A stretch of DNA of 63,530 nt, the filler included, from Candidatus Tectimicrobiota bacterium (GTDB taxonomy: Bacteria > JACPSX01), in the NCBI GenBank assembly GCA_016193065.1. It is 9 parts of 9 records of this genome, joined end to end, with 100 filler letters (N's around TTAATTAATTAA, not from the genome) between each part and the next. Parts side by side here need not be neighbours in the genome. Positions count along the whole stretch, not along the records: positions 19,985 to 30,259 come from JACPSX010000283.1; 8 more parts are not named here. One strand, 5' to 3'. The notes under the pieces were generated by a model that saw nothing but the letters and a program-made list of their open reading frames with translations, searched no databases and was not told where the DNA came from. Both the position numbers and the translations under genes were made by a program. Position 1 is the stretch's first letter. Each line of letters begins with the position of its first letter. Below, one piece after another: positions 20,548-28,663 of this stretch.

Positions 20548-21558
20548 CTACCGGTACAGATTCGCGATGAACCCGGATCCTTCCAGTTCTCTGAGGAAGC
20601 TGTCGTCCACGAGGCGGTTGACGTCCACGGAAGCGATGCGCGGATTCAGGGGGACCTGGATCTTCACGACGGTTCTCAAGCCTTCCAGCGTCGGGTAGGG
20701 GACCCGCGCGATCATCTTCACGCCGAAATAGTGCCGGGTTTTTTCGAGGATCTTCGGGTCCTGGATTTTGCTGTACTTCGCCAGGACTTTATGAGAAGTC
20801 TCCGCATCGGTTTTGAGGATATGGATGGCGTTGACGAAGGCCTTCATGAATTTCTCGACGTTGTCCCGGTGCGCCTGGATGTAGCGCCTGGTGACGGTGA
20901 CGCAGGCCCCCTGCGTCGGGATCCCCAGGGTGGAGATGTCCACCACGGTGTGATAGCCCAGGTCCTCCCCCTTAAAGAGCATGGGAGGGCTCAACATCCC
21001 CACGTCCACCACTCCGGTCTCCATGGCGGAGACGACCGTCTCCGGAGGCCCGATCGGGTTGATCTTCACATCCGCGGGGGTGAGCTTCAAATACTGCAGC
21101 GCCAGGAGGAGGGAGTTGTGAGGCTCGCTGCCGGGCTTGTCCGTGGCGATCACCTTCCCTTTGAGGTCCGCCGCCGTCATCGGGGTCTTTGACATCAGCG
21201 AGAGCCCCGGGGTGTTCGTCAGGCTTGCGATGATCACCACGTCCTGCCCGGCCGCCCCGGCATTCACTACGGCATTGCCGGAATTGACCGTGATGTCCAG
21301 GTCACCTGCCAGCAGCGCCTTGGTGGCGTTCTGGGAACCCCGGACAAACACGACCTCCGTGTCCATCCCGTACTTCTGGTACAGATTCTTCTCTTTGGCA
21401 ATCCAGATCGGGGCCATGACCCCGCTCACCGCAACCCAGGCGATCTTGGTCCTCGTCCCCTGGGCGAAAGCCGCCTGTTCGCGACCGGCAGGCGCCACAG
21501 GACTCCAGAGAAATGCGGCAAGGACAATAATCCATACGACCCGTTTCCAGTTTCCCAT
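20548..21558 (-). CDS. ABC transporter substrate-binding protein, NMT1/SsuA type
   Basis: Signal peptide; APIWIAKEKNLYQKYG, ALLAGDLD, DLKGK, LVDDSFLREL. Confidence 0.88.
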   Translation of the reverse strand: MGNWKRVVWIIVLAAFLWSPVAPAGREQAAFAQGTRTKIAWVAVSGVMAPIWIAKEKNLYQKYGMDTEVVFVRGSQNATKALLAGDLDITVNSGNAVVNAGAAGQDVVIIASLTNTPGLSLMSKTPMTAADLKGKVIATDKPGSEPHNSLLLALQYLKLTPADVKINPIGPPETVVSAMETGVVDVGMLSPPMLFKGEDLGYHTVVDISTLGIPTQGACVTVTRRYIQAHRDNVEKFMKAFVNAIHILKTDAETSHKVLAKYSKIQDPKILEKTRHYFGVKMIARVPYPTLEGLRTVVKIQVPLNPRIASVDVNRLVDDSFLRELEGSGFIANLYR

Positions 21559-21585
21559 GGTAGTTCTCCCCATCAGGACCGCCTT

Positions 21586-21897
21586 TTACTTCGGCGCTTC
21601 GGCGGCAAAGGCGCCGAATTCATAGGTAAGGACAAACTGCCGGCCGCAGTGGGAAATCCGCTCTCCGGCCCGGACCCCTTCGGGAAGCACGATCGTTTTG
21701 CGGCACACCGGACAGCTCACAATCTCCGCGATCCGGGCCACAAGCTCCGTCCCCCTCCCCTTCAACCGAAGGGTAACCCCCGCTCAGTTCGGACAGTCCA
21801 ACAGGTCATCCTGCTTGGCCGCCTCCGGCAAGCCGATGTACCTGCCTCACCCCGGGCACCAGATCCGATCCGGATTGGACGAAACTCCCCCGTTCAT
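21586..21897 (-). CDS. Putative selenoprotein: 103-aa zinc-ribbon-like protein with two CxxU motifs
   Basis: MNGGVSSNPDRIWCPG-U-GRYIGLPEAAKQDDLLDCPN-U-AGVTLR...SCPVCRKTIVLPEG...SHCGRQF...APK*. In-frame TGA at 21847-21849 and 21784-21786, each followed by a hairpin. ATGA overlap with the upstream glutaredoxin. Confidence 0.8.
21740..21783 (-). promoter_or_regulatory. Candidate bacterial SECIS after the second UGA of the zinc-ribbon gene
   Basis: CCCUUC-GGUU-GAAGGG stem-loop. The loop starts 16 nt after UGA and begins with G. Confidence 0.6.
21800..21846 (-). promoter_or_regulatory. Candidate bacterial SECIS after the first UGA of the zinc-ribbon gene
   Basis: Long hairpin GGCAGGU/ACCUGUU, CAUC/GAUG, GCUUG/CAAGC, CCG/CGG with loop GAGG 21 nt after UGA. 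Confidence 0.7.
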
Positions 21898-22136
21898 GGC
21901 AGCTTCAGCAGCTCCTGCAGCCTGCCCCGGTCGAACCCCACGATCACTTCGCCCCCCACGGTGATCACGGGAACCGCCTGTCTGCCGCTCAAGCGCACGA
22001 CTTCGTTGAGGGCCTCGAGATCTTCGGCCACATTGAATTCCTGGAAGACAACGCCTTTGGACGAAAGAAACTCTTTCGCTGAACGGCAGGCGCTTCACGT
22101 GGGCGCCGTGTAAACTTTCACTTCCGGTTGGATCAT
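21894..22136 (-). CDS. Selenocysteine-containing glutaredoxin (NrdH/YruB-like, UxxC)
   Basis: MIQPEVKVYTAPT-U-SACRSAKEFLSSKGV...SGRQAVPVITVGGEVIVGFDRGRLQELL. TGA 22095-22097 occupies the first Cys of CxxC. AGGAGG RBS. Confidence 0.92.
22050..22094 (-). promoter_or_regulatory. Candidate SECIS of the glutaredoxin
   Basis: AGCGCCU/AGGCGUU lower stem and CGAAAGA-GUU-UCUUUCG upper stem; loop 23 nt after UGA. Confidence 0.72.
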
Positions 22137-22259
22137 CCTTTTTCCTCCTCCTGAATCATAGCCGACCCATGCGCCGCACAATTTTTCAGCTCGTTCTTAA
22201 CCGCTCTCAATGTGCCACAGTGTCCCGCCAGGCCCTTTCAGCACAATTCGCGCATGATT

Positions 22260-22784
22260 TCAAAAATCGATGTCAATCTGTAGAGAATCGATAAACTTGT
22301 TGAATGAGGCAAATAATTCCATCACTCCAAGCGCTTCGATTATCTCGGCATCAGACGGGCCGGCCTCTCTAAGGGACCCGTAATCAGAATGCGATATCTT
22401 CAGGGGAGCCACATTGGCTTTTCTTGCAAAACTGATAAGTGCTTTTTCTTTCCCGCTAAAATTCGCTTTTTCTATATTCTCTTCGATATTTCTAATCTCT
22501 TCATCCGAAACACCAATGGATTTTAAAGCGGCGGTATGGGCACGGATGCAGTAATTGCAGCAGTTGTCTCTGGAAACCAGAACAGCAATGGCCTCTTTCA
22601 CTTTGCGGCTCAGGTTTCCTTCCATCATGAGCGCCTTGACCTTGTTCCAATTGGCCCCCAGAAGCGCTGGATGATGTGCATAGGTCTTAAACAGATTCGG
22701 CGCCGTGCCAAATGCGCTTTCAATTTCGTCGAGTACTTTCTCTGTTTCCTTTGATACGGTCTGGGGCGGTTTGATTCTCGACAC
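22260..22784 (-). CDS. AhpD/carboxymuconolactone decarboxylase-family peroxidase-related protein
   Basis: PNLFKTYAHHP, LSRKVKEAIAVLVSRDNCCNYCIRAH. Confidence 0.88.
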   Translation of the reverse strand: MSRIKPPQTVSKETEKVLDEIESAFGTAPNLFKTYAHHPALLGANWNKVKALMMEGNLSRKVKEAIAVLVSRDNCCNYCIRAHTAALKSIGVSDEEIRNIEENIEKANFSGKEKALISFARKANVAPLKISHSDYGSLREAGPSDAEIIEALGVMELFASFNKFIDSLQIDIDF

Positions 22785-22832
22785 GATATTTCCTTTTCTA
22801 AATGTCCGGTTTACCCGGGAATGTCTAAAACT

Positions 22833-22851
22833 ACCGACCATTCGGTCTATT
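22833..22851. promoter_or_regulatory. Putative TetR operator upstream of the ahpD-like gene
   Basis: ACCGACCATTCGGTCTATT, nearly identical to the site at 23477-23495; resembles the NemR-type box TAGACCnnnnGGTCTA. Confidence 0.7.
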
Positions 22852-22866
22852 TACTGTTAAGAGAAA

Positions 22867-23457
22867 TTACTTCTCCAATTCAATCAGTGTCCTTAAAGAA
22901 TTCAGACAATCCTTCAAGGGTTTTTCACTTTTTTCAAGGCGTGCAAGCATGATGCCTCCTTCGATAGTCATTACTATGTGCCTAGCCATCGCTTCCGCAG
23001 ACAAATCACATCGTATCTGTCCTGAAGACTGAGCCGACCGAACCGCTACCCGCACTCTTTCGATCCATTCGCCGAATACCCTGTCGATAAACACAGCCAC
23101 TTGTTTGTCTTTATCGCTCATTTCCAGTGCACTGTTACCAAAAATGCAGCCTCCGACGAACTTTGTACTTCTATGTTTTCCCAGAACCTTCTTAAAGAAA
23201 TTATCGAGGCTTTCGCCTGCTGTCCTTCCCGTGAGAGAAGAGTCAAGAAATTCGAGGAATTCCGTACGCGCTTTTTCGAGAACGGCGTAAGTGAGTTCAT
23301 TTTTATCGGAGAAATGGAAATACAAACTTCCTTTTTTAAGGCCCGTTGCTTCCATCAAATCACAAATGCTGGTGCCCTCAAAACCCTTTCGCTGAACGAG
23401 ACGGGTCGCCTCGAGTAGAATTTTCTCTTTTGTCAAAACTCCTTTAGACTGCCTCAA
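22867..23457 (-). CDS. TetR/AcrR-family regulator (NemR/LmrA-like)
   Basis: KGFEGTSI..GLKKGSLYFHFSDKNEL HTH; GGCIFGNSALE. Confidence 0.92.
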   Translation of the reverse strand: MRQSKGVLTKEKILLEATRLVQRKGFEGTSICDLMEATGLKKGSLYFHFSDKNELTYAVLEKARTEFLEFLDSSLTGRTAGESLDNFFKKVLGKHRSTKFVGGCIFGNSALEMSDKDKQVAVFIDRVFGEWIERVRVAVRSAQSSGQIRCDLSAEAMARHIVMTIEGGIMLARLEKSEKPLKDCLNSLRTLIELEK

Positions 23458-23476
23458 TTTTCATCCTTCCTCATAA

Positions 23477-23495
23477 ACCGACCGTTCGGTCTATT
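23477..23495. promoter_or_regulatory. Putative TetR autoregulatory operator
   Basis: ACCGACCGTTCGGTCTATT about 20 nt upstream of the tetR start. Confidence 0.7.
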
Positions 23496-23543
23496 TTATT
23501 ATAGAGGGAGACAAAAGGAAAGAAAAATTTCCCTGGACTCTCC

Positions 23544-24812
23544 TCAGGTGACGGGAATTCGCCGGTCAAAGACCACAAAGCGCGACCGGCGGGTCTCTTC
23601 GAGAGCAGCTTGAATCAACTTGCGCTCCCTCGGCTTTGTGTATTGAGGCAAAACCGCCTCGAAAAATCGGGTGTAAAAGTGATCCGGGTAAACGACCACC
23701 TGTGTTCTCAACTGAAGACCGCCGCTTTCAATTCGCTTCCGGTACGTCCACTTCCAGCGGCCTCCCGGCGGGATCCGCGTGTCGTAGATCTCCCGGGAAA
23801 GATCCAGCTCGACCTCGCGACCAATGGATTTTTCCACAAGACTCCCCGCGATCCTCTTCCCCGCGCGCTCCTCGAGCCAGAATCGGACGATCACCTTGGG
23901 CGTCACGTAGGTGGGGAAGAAGTGCCCTGTCCCCCGGTTCGCGATTTGAAGGGTCGCCTCCAAAAGCTCTCCCGGACGATATCGGGATTTTCCGCTGGTT
24001 AGGGACACGTCAATCCCCTGGCGGACCATCTCCGGAGAGTGGATCCCCTGCCAGAGATGTCTGCGGTCCGGCATGTGACACCCCTGACAGGTAACCCCGG
24101 AGCGGGCGTAAGAACTCTCCAGCCACTCGGCGTAGGTGTTCTCCAAAAGTTTCCCGTTCAGGGCGAAGCCGTCCTCTCGGAACTGATGACAATCTTTGCA
24201 GAACTCGGATCGGCTGAAGGTCTCCTGAGAGGTAAAACCCCCGTGGGGAAGGGAGGCCTGTGCCGGCTTCGCGGATTCAGGCGGCCCGCCCCGCGGGGGA
24301 GGGCCAAAGCGCCGGTGTTTGCGCACGTGACAGGCGGCGCAAATCAACCCTCCTGCTTGCAGGTCCTCATCGAAGCCGGTGTTGTTGACGAACACTCCGG
24401 ATCCGGCGGGTGAGCGCAGTTTTCTGAGTTGCTCGGACCGGGGCGCATGACAGCTCTGGCAAAGTTCCGCCGTGCCGGGGTCCCTGCCCTCCATTTCAAG
24501 CACCTGCCCGAGTACTCCCGGGCCCATGCCTCGGCTGTGCCGTGAGGTCCTCCAGGCACGATATTGCTCCACGTGGCAGGTGCCGCAATCCTCCGGCCGG
24601 AGGGATGCCTCCAGTGGACTGTATCCGGCGGGAGCCTCCCCTTGAGGGGGAATGGGCTTTCGCCAGTGAGACTCCAGAAACGATTCAATCTCCCCGGCGG
24701 GAGACTGTTGGGGAAGGGTCCAGGAGAGCAAAAGACCCAGGCCTCCCAGGGCAAAGCCCAAGCTCACCAGGGCCGAAGGACGGAGTCGTTTTTTACCCGC
24801 TTGGATCTCCAA
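23544..24812 (-). CDS. Pentaheme c-type cytochrome (c554-like) with N-terminal membrane anchor/signal
   Basis: Five CxxCH motifs: CGTCH, CQSCH, CAACH, CKDCH, CQGCH. Confidence 0.88.
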   Translation of the reverse strand: MEIQAGKKRLRPSALVSLGFALGGLGLLLSWTLPQQSPAGEIESFLESHWRKPIPPQGEAPAGYSPLEASLRPEDCGTCHVEQYRAWRTSRHSRGMGPGVLGQVLEMEGRDPGTAELCQSCHAPRSEQLRKLRSPAGSGVFVNNTGFDEDLQAGGLICAACHVRKHRRFGPPPRGGPPESAKPAQASLPHGGFTSQETFSRSEFCKDCHQFREDGFALNGKLLENTYAEWLESSYARSGVTCQGCHMPDRRHLWQGIHSPEMVRQGIDVSLTSGKSRYRPGELLEATLQIANRGTGHFFPTYVTPKVIVRFWLEERAGKRIAGSLVEKSIGREVELDLSREIYDTRIPPGGRWKWTYRKRIESGGLQLRTQVVVYPDHFYTRFFEAVLPQYTKPRERKLIQAALEETRRSRFVVFDRRIPVT

Positions 24813-24891
24813 GATGAATTCGCTTCCTTACCGACGAAATGACGGAGGGAGGGGCATTTCCTCCCCTCCCTCGCCTGTGGATCTACCCGTT

Positions 24892-25260
24892 TTACTTGAC
24901 CTCCCGATCCAGCTTCTCCTTGTAGATGTTCCCGCTGCCCGGAGCGGCGCACGGATTCGCCGCCGCCCAGGGGTTGGCCGCCGCCGGCCGCGCAGTCGCC
25001 TTCGGAGAACTCACCTCCCGCTCCAGTTTCTCCCTGTAGATGTTCCCGCTGCCCGGAGCGGCACAAGGATTTTGTGCCTTGGGCGCACAAGGGTTCTGTG
25101 CCTTTGGGGCACATGGGTTGGCTGCCGGGGTGGCCGGAGAGGAGACCTCCCGTTCCAACTTTTCCCTATAGATCCTCTCCTGGGACCAGGAGACTCCAAC
25201 AGAGCCGACCAGAAAAGTCAGCACGGCCATCAGGACCACAACTGCCTTTACGGACCTCAT
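24892..25260 (-). CDS. Small secreted protein made of NPCA and IY(R/K)EKL(E/D)REV repeats
   Basis: Signal peptide and GGAGG RBS; three IYxEKLxREV units and several NPCA units; repeats visible at DNA level. Confidence 0.75.
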   Translation of the reverse strand: MRSVKAVVVLMAVLTFLVGSVGVSWSQERIYREKLEREVSSPATPAANPCAPKAQNPCAPKAQNPCAAPGSGNIYREKLEREVSSPKATARPAAANPWAAANPCAAPGSGNIYKEKLDREVK

Positions 25261-25382
25261 CGTTCCCCTCCCTCCTGGATCGCTTATAGCAATCCTCTAC
25301 TGGAATACACCCGAACTCAACCGGGAAAGCAATTCACCAGCGGTTCGGGAACCTACAAATCTCGAAATTAATTCCTCCGCAT

Positions 25383-26129
25383 CTACAGCCGCTCCAATAA
25401 CCATCGGGGCGTGATCTGGATCGCATAGCTGTTCAACGCCGTGAACGTATTCGTCAAAAGGAGGACTCCGACGATGACCAATACAAGCCCTCCGACTGTA
25501 TGGATCACGGGAACCAGGCCTCGATAACGGCGAAACAGCCGCAAGAACGAGTTCATCCCCAATGAACTCAGAAAGAAAGGGACCGCAAGGCCGATGGAAT
25601 ACAATCCCAGCAGGGCAATTCCTTGACGCACTTCCTCTGAGGTTGTTGCCAACAGCAAAATCGAACTAAGCACCGGCCCCACGCAGGGAGTCCAACCGAC
25701 AGCAAAGGTGACTCCGACCAGAAAGGCCCCCAGATAGCTGCCCGGCCGGCTTTTCACCTGGAACTGCTTTACTTGCATGAGCGGCCCAAACCGGATCAGG
25801 CCGCTAATCGCAAGCCCGAACAGAACGATCAGGCCGCCCCCGATCTGACGGATGAGATCCTGGTACTGGAACAGGGAGCGGCCAGCCAGCGAAAAGGACC
25901 CTCCCAATGTCAGGAAGACGAGGGAAAATCCCAGGATGAACCAGAGGGACCGCACAATCACACGACCGCGCACCTCTTTGAGCTTCCCGGGATCTTGCAA
26001 TTCCTCCAGAGAACTCCCCGCCACGAAGGAGAGGTACGACGGGACCAGGGGTAAAACACAGGGCGACAGGAAAGAAAACGCCCCGGCACCCAGCGCAATG
26101 ACCGAGCTGACTTCGGCAGGCGCCACCAT
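25383..26129 (-). CDS. ccdA: Cytochrome c biogenesis protein CcdA (DsbD TM domain)
   Basis: SFLSPCVLPLVP, GWTPCVGPVL, YSIGLAVPF. Confidence 0.93.
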   Translation of the reverse strand: MVAPAEVSSVIALGAGAFSFLSPCVLPLVPSYLSFVAGSSLEELQDPGKLKEVRGRVIVRSLWFILGFSLVFLTLGGSFSLAGRSLFQYQDLIRQIGGGLIVLFGLAISGLIRFGPLMQVKQFQVKSRPGSYLGAFLVGVTFAVGWTPCVGPVLSSILLLATTSEEVRQGIALLGLYSIGLAVPFFLSSLGMNSFLRLFRRYRGLVPVIHTVGGLVLVIVGVLLLTNTFTALNSYAIQITPRWLLERL

Positions 26130-26134
26130 GATCG

Positions 26135-26695
26135 CTACTTCACTTTCAGGGCCGAAATCAGCTGGTCCCATTCGGGCCTGCTCAGGTCTCGTCCCCCCAC
26201 GGCCTTCCCGGCGATTCTTCCTTTCCCGTCGATGAGAACCAGCGTCGGCGGGGCAAAAAATTCATAGGACCGGGCCACCTTCATGTCCTTGTCCAAGAGG
26301 ATCGGGAACGTCGCTCCCTTCTCCCGCACAAAGGGGCGGACCACCTTCTCTCCTTCCGCATCGATGGAGATCCCCAGGACCACCAGGTTTTCAGCTTTGT
26401 GCTTCTTGTAGAACGCCTCGAAGGAAGGAAACTCCTCCCGGCAGCTTGGTCACCAGGTGGCCCAGAAAACCAGCAGGATGGGTTTTCCCCGCCAATCGGA
26501 GAGTTTCTTCTTCCCTCCGTTGAGGTCCGGCAAAGTAAAATTCGGAGCCGGACGAACCGTCTGCGGCTCAAACCCCAGGGCCTTGAGGAGCCCCGGTTCG
26601 ACCCCCATTGCCGTGGCGCGAAAAGCAAACATCACGAGAACAATGATGCTCAGGCCATAAACCCACCGGGACGTTCCTTTACGTTGCTTTCCCAT
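26135..26695 (-). CDS. Selenocysteine-containing TlpA/ResA-like disulfide reductase (UxxC)
   Basis: APNFTLPDLNG...LLVFWATW-U-PSCREEFP...VLGISID...FPILLD...PTLVLIDGKG. TGA 26450-26452 joins the split ORFs 26450-26695 and 26135-26383 in one frame. Confidence 0.92.
26412..26449 (-). promoter_or_regulatory. Candidate SECIS of TlpA
   Basis: GGGAGGA-GUU-UCCUUCC stem-loop 17 nt after UGA; same GAGUUUC apex as the glutaredoxin hairpin. Confidence 0.68.
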
Positions 26696-26777
26696 CGGAT
26701 ATCCCCCTCCCCCTTATTCTCCCCGTGTCATCCAGATCCGAGATCGTGTCGGGGATCTCGTTAAGATCCGATCAATC

Positions 26778-27161
26778 TCATTGCAAACTCCAAGGCCAGG
26801 AAGAGATGAATGTGATCAGAAGCGCCCCTCCAGACAGGGCGATGTTTTTCCAGAAATGGTGCAACTGGTTCATGCGGACCATGGGGTCCTTCTCCGCCCA
26901 GAAGTTGTGCATCTTAAAGGCAGTGGGAACGAGGAAAATGATCAAGAGCCATCCCCCAAGCACCGGCTGGTAGCCCAGCAGGATACTAAGACCGCCCAAT
27001 AGCATCAAAATCCCGGTGCCCGCCACGGCCAGGCCGGGGGCCGGGATCCCCTTGCTGCGGGAGTACGCAGTCAGTTGGCCCATATCCGCAAAGTGATGGA
27101 TGCCATTCCAGATAAAAAACCCGCCAAAGACGATGCGACCGATCAGGAAGAGTACGTTCAT
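26778..27161 (-). CDS. DoxX-family membrane protein
   Basis: LIGRIVFGGFF, GGLSILLG, HNFW...HFWKNIALSGG. Confidence 0.9.
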   Translation of the reverse strand: MNVLFLIGRIVFGGFFIWNGIHHFADMGQLTAYSRSKGIPAPGLAVAGTGILMLLGGLSILLGYQPVLGGWLLIIFLVPTAFKMHNFWAEKDPMVRMNQLHHFWKNIALSGGALLITFISSWPWSLQ

Positions 27162-27293
27162 GGCTCCTCGCCTTTCTCGCTGTTGCCCTTTCCAGGGTTC
27201 TCAGGGGATGGGGTTTCAGGAGCCATTTTTAAGCTGCCTTCCTTTGTCGATCAAGCTTCTTTTCCCGGGCGGTTTCCTGCCCTCACCCGGATG

Positions 27294-27953
27294 CTACTTG
27301 GGGGCGCAAGGATTCTTGGGAGCGCAAGGGTTACCCGCCGCCCCGCAAGGGTTCTTTGCCGCACAGGGATTCTTTGCCCCGGCGGGTTTCTTGGAAGCAG
27401 CGGCCTTGAACTTCTTTTGAACCTCACCGGAGTAGGCAGTTAGCGCTGCCAGCTCCTTCGAATCCCAGGCCAGCGGCTTGGCCGCCATGGGGACCACCAT
27501 GCAGATCTGCACCATTTCATCCAGGTGGATCTTGGCCAAACCGGCCTTCTCCTGCACCATATCCACCGCATGCGGGTAAGGCTTGGCAAATCCGGGCTTG
27601 AAGGCTGCATTGTTCTGATGGCAGGTCTGGCAGGACAGGCCGTTGGTGCTCAGCTTGGTATCTTTCCAGAGCTGCTCTCCCAGCTTGACCAGCTCGGCCC
27701 GCTTGCCGGCAAAGAGCTTGGTCCCGGCAGGACGCGTGATCAGTTTGGGGTCCACTTCCCATTTTCCGGCCTTGGCTGGCTTGGCGGCACACGGGTTTGT
27801 TGGCGCGCACGGATTCGCCGCCTTTTTTGGTGCGCACGGGTTGGCTGCCGCGCACGGGTTAGCTGCCTTTTGCGCTGCATCGGCTGCTATGAGACCCAAC
27901 CCGAGAATACCGGCAATCAGCATCACGACGATTAGCAAACCTCGAAGTCTCAT
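27294..27953 (-). CDS. Monoheme cytochrome c (TsdA/SoxA-like domain) flanked by NPCA repeats
   Basis: Signal peptide; NGLSCQTCH; DEMVQICMVVPMAAKPLAWDSKELAALTAY; NPC repeats at both ends. Confidence 0.8.
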   Translation of the reverse strand: MRLRGLLIVVMLIAGILGLGLIAADAAQKAANPCAAANPCAPKKAANPCAPTNPCAAKPAKAGKWEVDPKLITRPAGTKLFAGKRAELVKLGEQLWKDTKLSTNGLSCQTCHQNNAAFKPGFAKPYPHAVDMVQEKAGLAKIHLDEMVQICMVVPMAAKPLAWDSKELAALTAYSGEVQKKFKAAASKKPAGAKNPCAAKNPCGAAGNPCAPKNPCAPK

Positions 27954-28428
27954 GAAATCCCCTCCTCTCAGTTCGGCGTTAGCTTCAAAGGCCACGCACA
28001 AAATAACCAACTCTGAGGTTGTAACCTTTTAACTTGCCAGATAGTATGGTTGCCTCATGCTATCTGGGGTCTGATGAACAGACTGTAGTTCAGACTACAA
28101 ATCCCTCGCTTCGGTCCTCAAAAGATCAACTTATAGATGATCGCCCCTACCCCTCCCAGGAGTAGCAACCACGTGGAGGGTCACATCTGCCTCCAAAGAC
28201 TTTTCCTCTTCATGGTTCTCCCTTCTGAAGGTCTTTCCTCCCACAAGAGGAAAATGGAATCCCGGCCAGCAAACAGGTTCGGTTCTCGGCACTCTGTCGA
28301 CTTATTTCATGCTAGATAGATGAAAGCGGATCCCGTTGGATTCAAAAACTTTCACTTTTTTCCGAAGCCACGGGGTTTGCAGATCCTGAATTCGTCTTCT
28401 GGTGCAGAGTCTAGCAGAGGATTTCTTG

Positions 28429-28660
28429 TCTACCTTCGGAGACATGGCCGCGCCGGACGCCGCGGACGAAGGGCAGATTTTCCCCGCCCATCGGAGAGCT
28501 TTTTGTTCCCTCCGTTGAGGGCCGGCAGTGTGAAATCCGGGGCGGCCTGAAGCGCCCCTGGCTCAAATCCCAGAGCCTTGAGGAGGTCCGGCTCGATCCC
28601 CAGTGCCCGCCCGATGGCCCCGAAGACGAGCAGAACCGCAAGATCCGTCCGGATTGGCCA
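28429..28660 (-). pseudogene. Truncated duplicate of the TlpA 5' region
   Basis: GIEPDLLKALGFEPGALQAAPDFTLPALNGGNKKLSDGRGK aligns to TlpA GVEPGLLKALGFEPQTVRPAPNFTLPDLNGGKKKLSDWRGK, then diverges before the active site. Confidence 0.8.
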
Positions 28661-28663
28661 CGC

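Noticed and set aside
21586-26695. Alternative genetic code (UGA = Trp or Gly) as the explanation for in-frame TGAs
   Set aside because: Many genes here end normally in TGA (sufS, uvrB, glcDE, atpG), and all four internal TGAs fall on Cys positions.
24892-27880. Short DNA repeats as a possible CRISPR array
   Set aside because: They are codon-phased NPCA peptide repeats with synonymous variation, no unique spacers and no cas genes.
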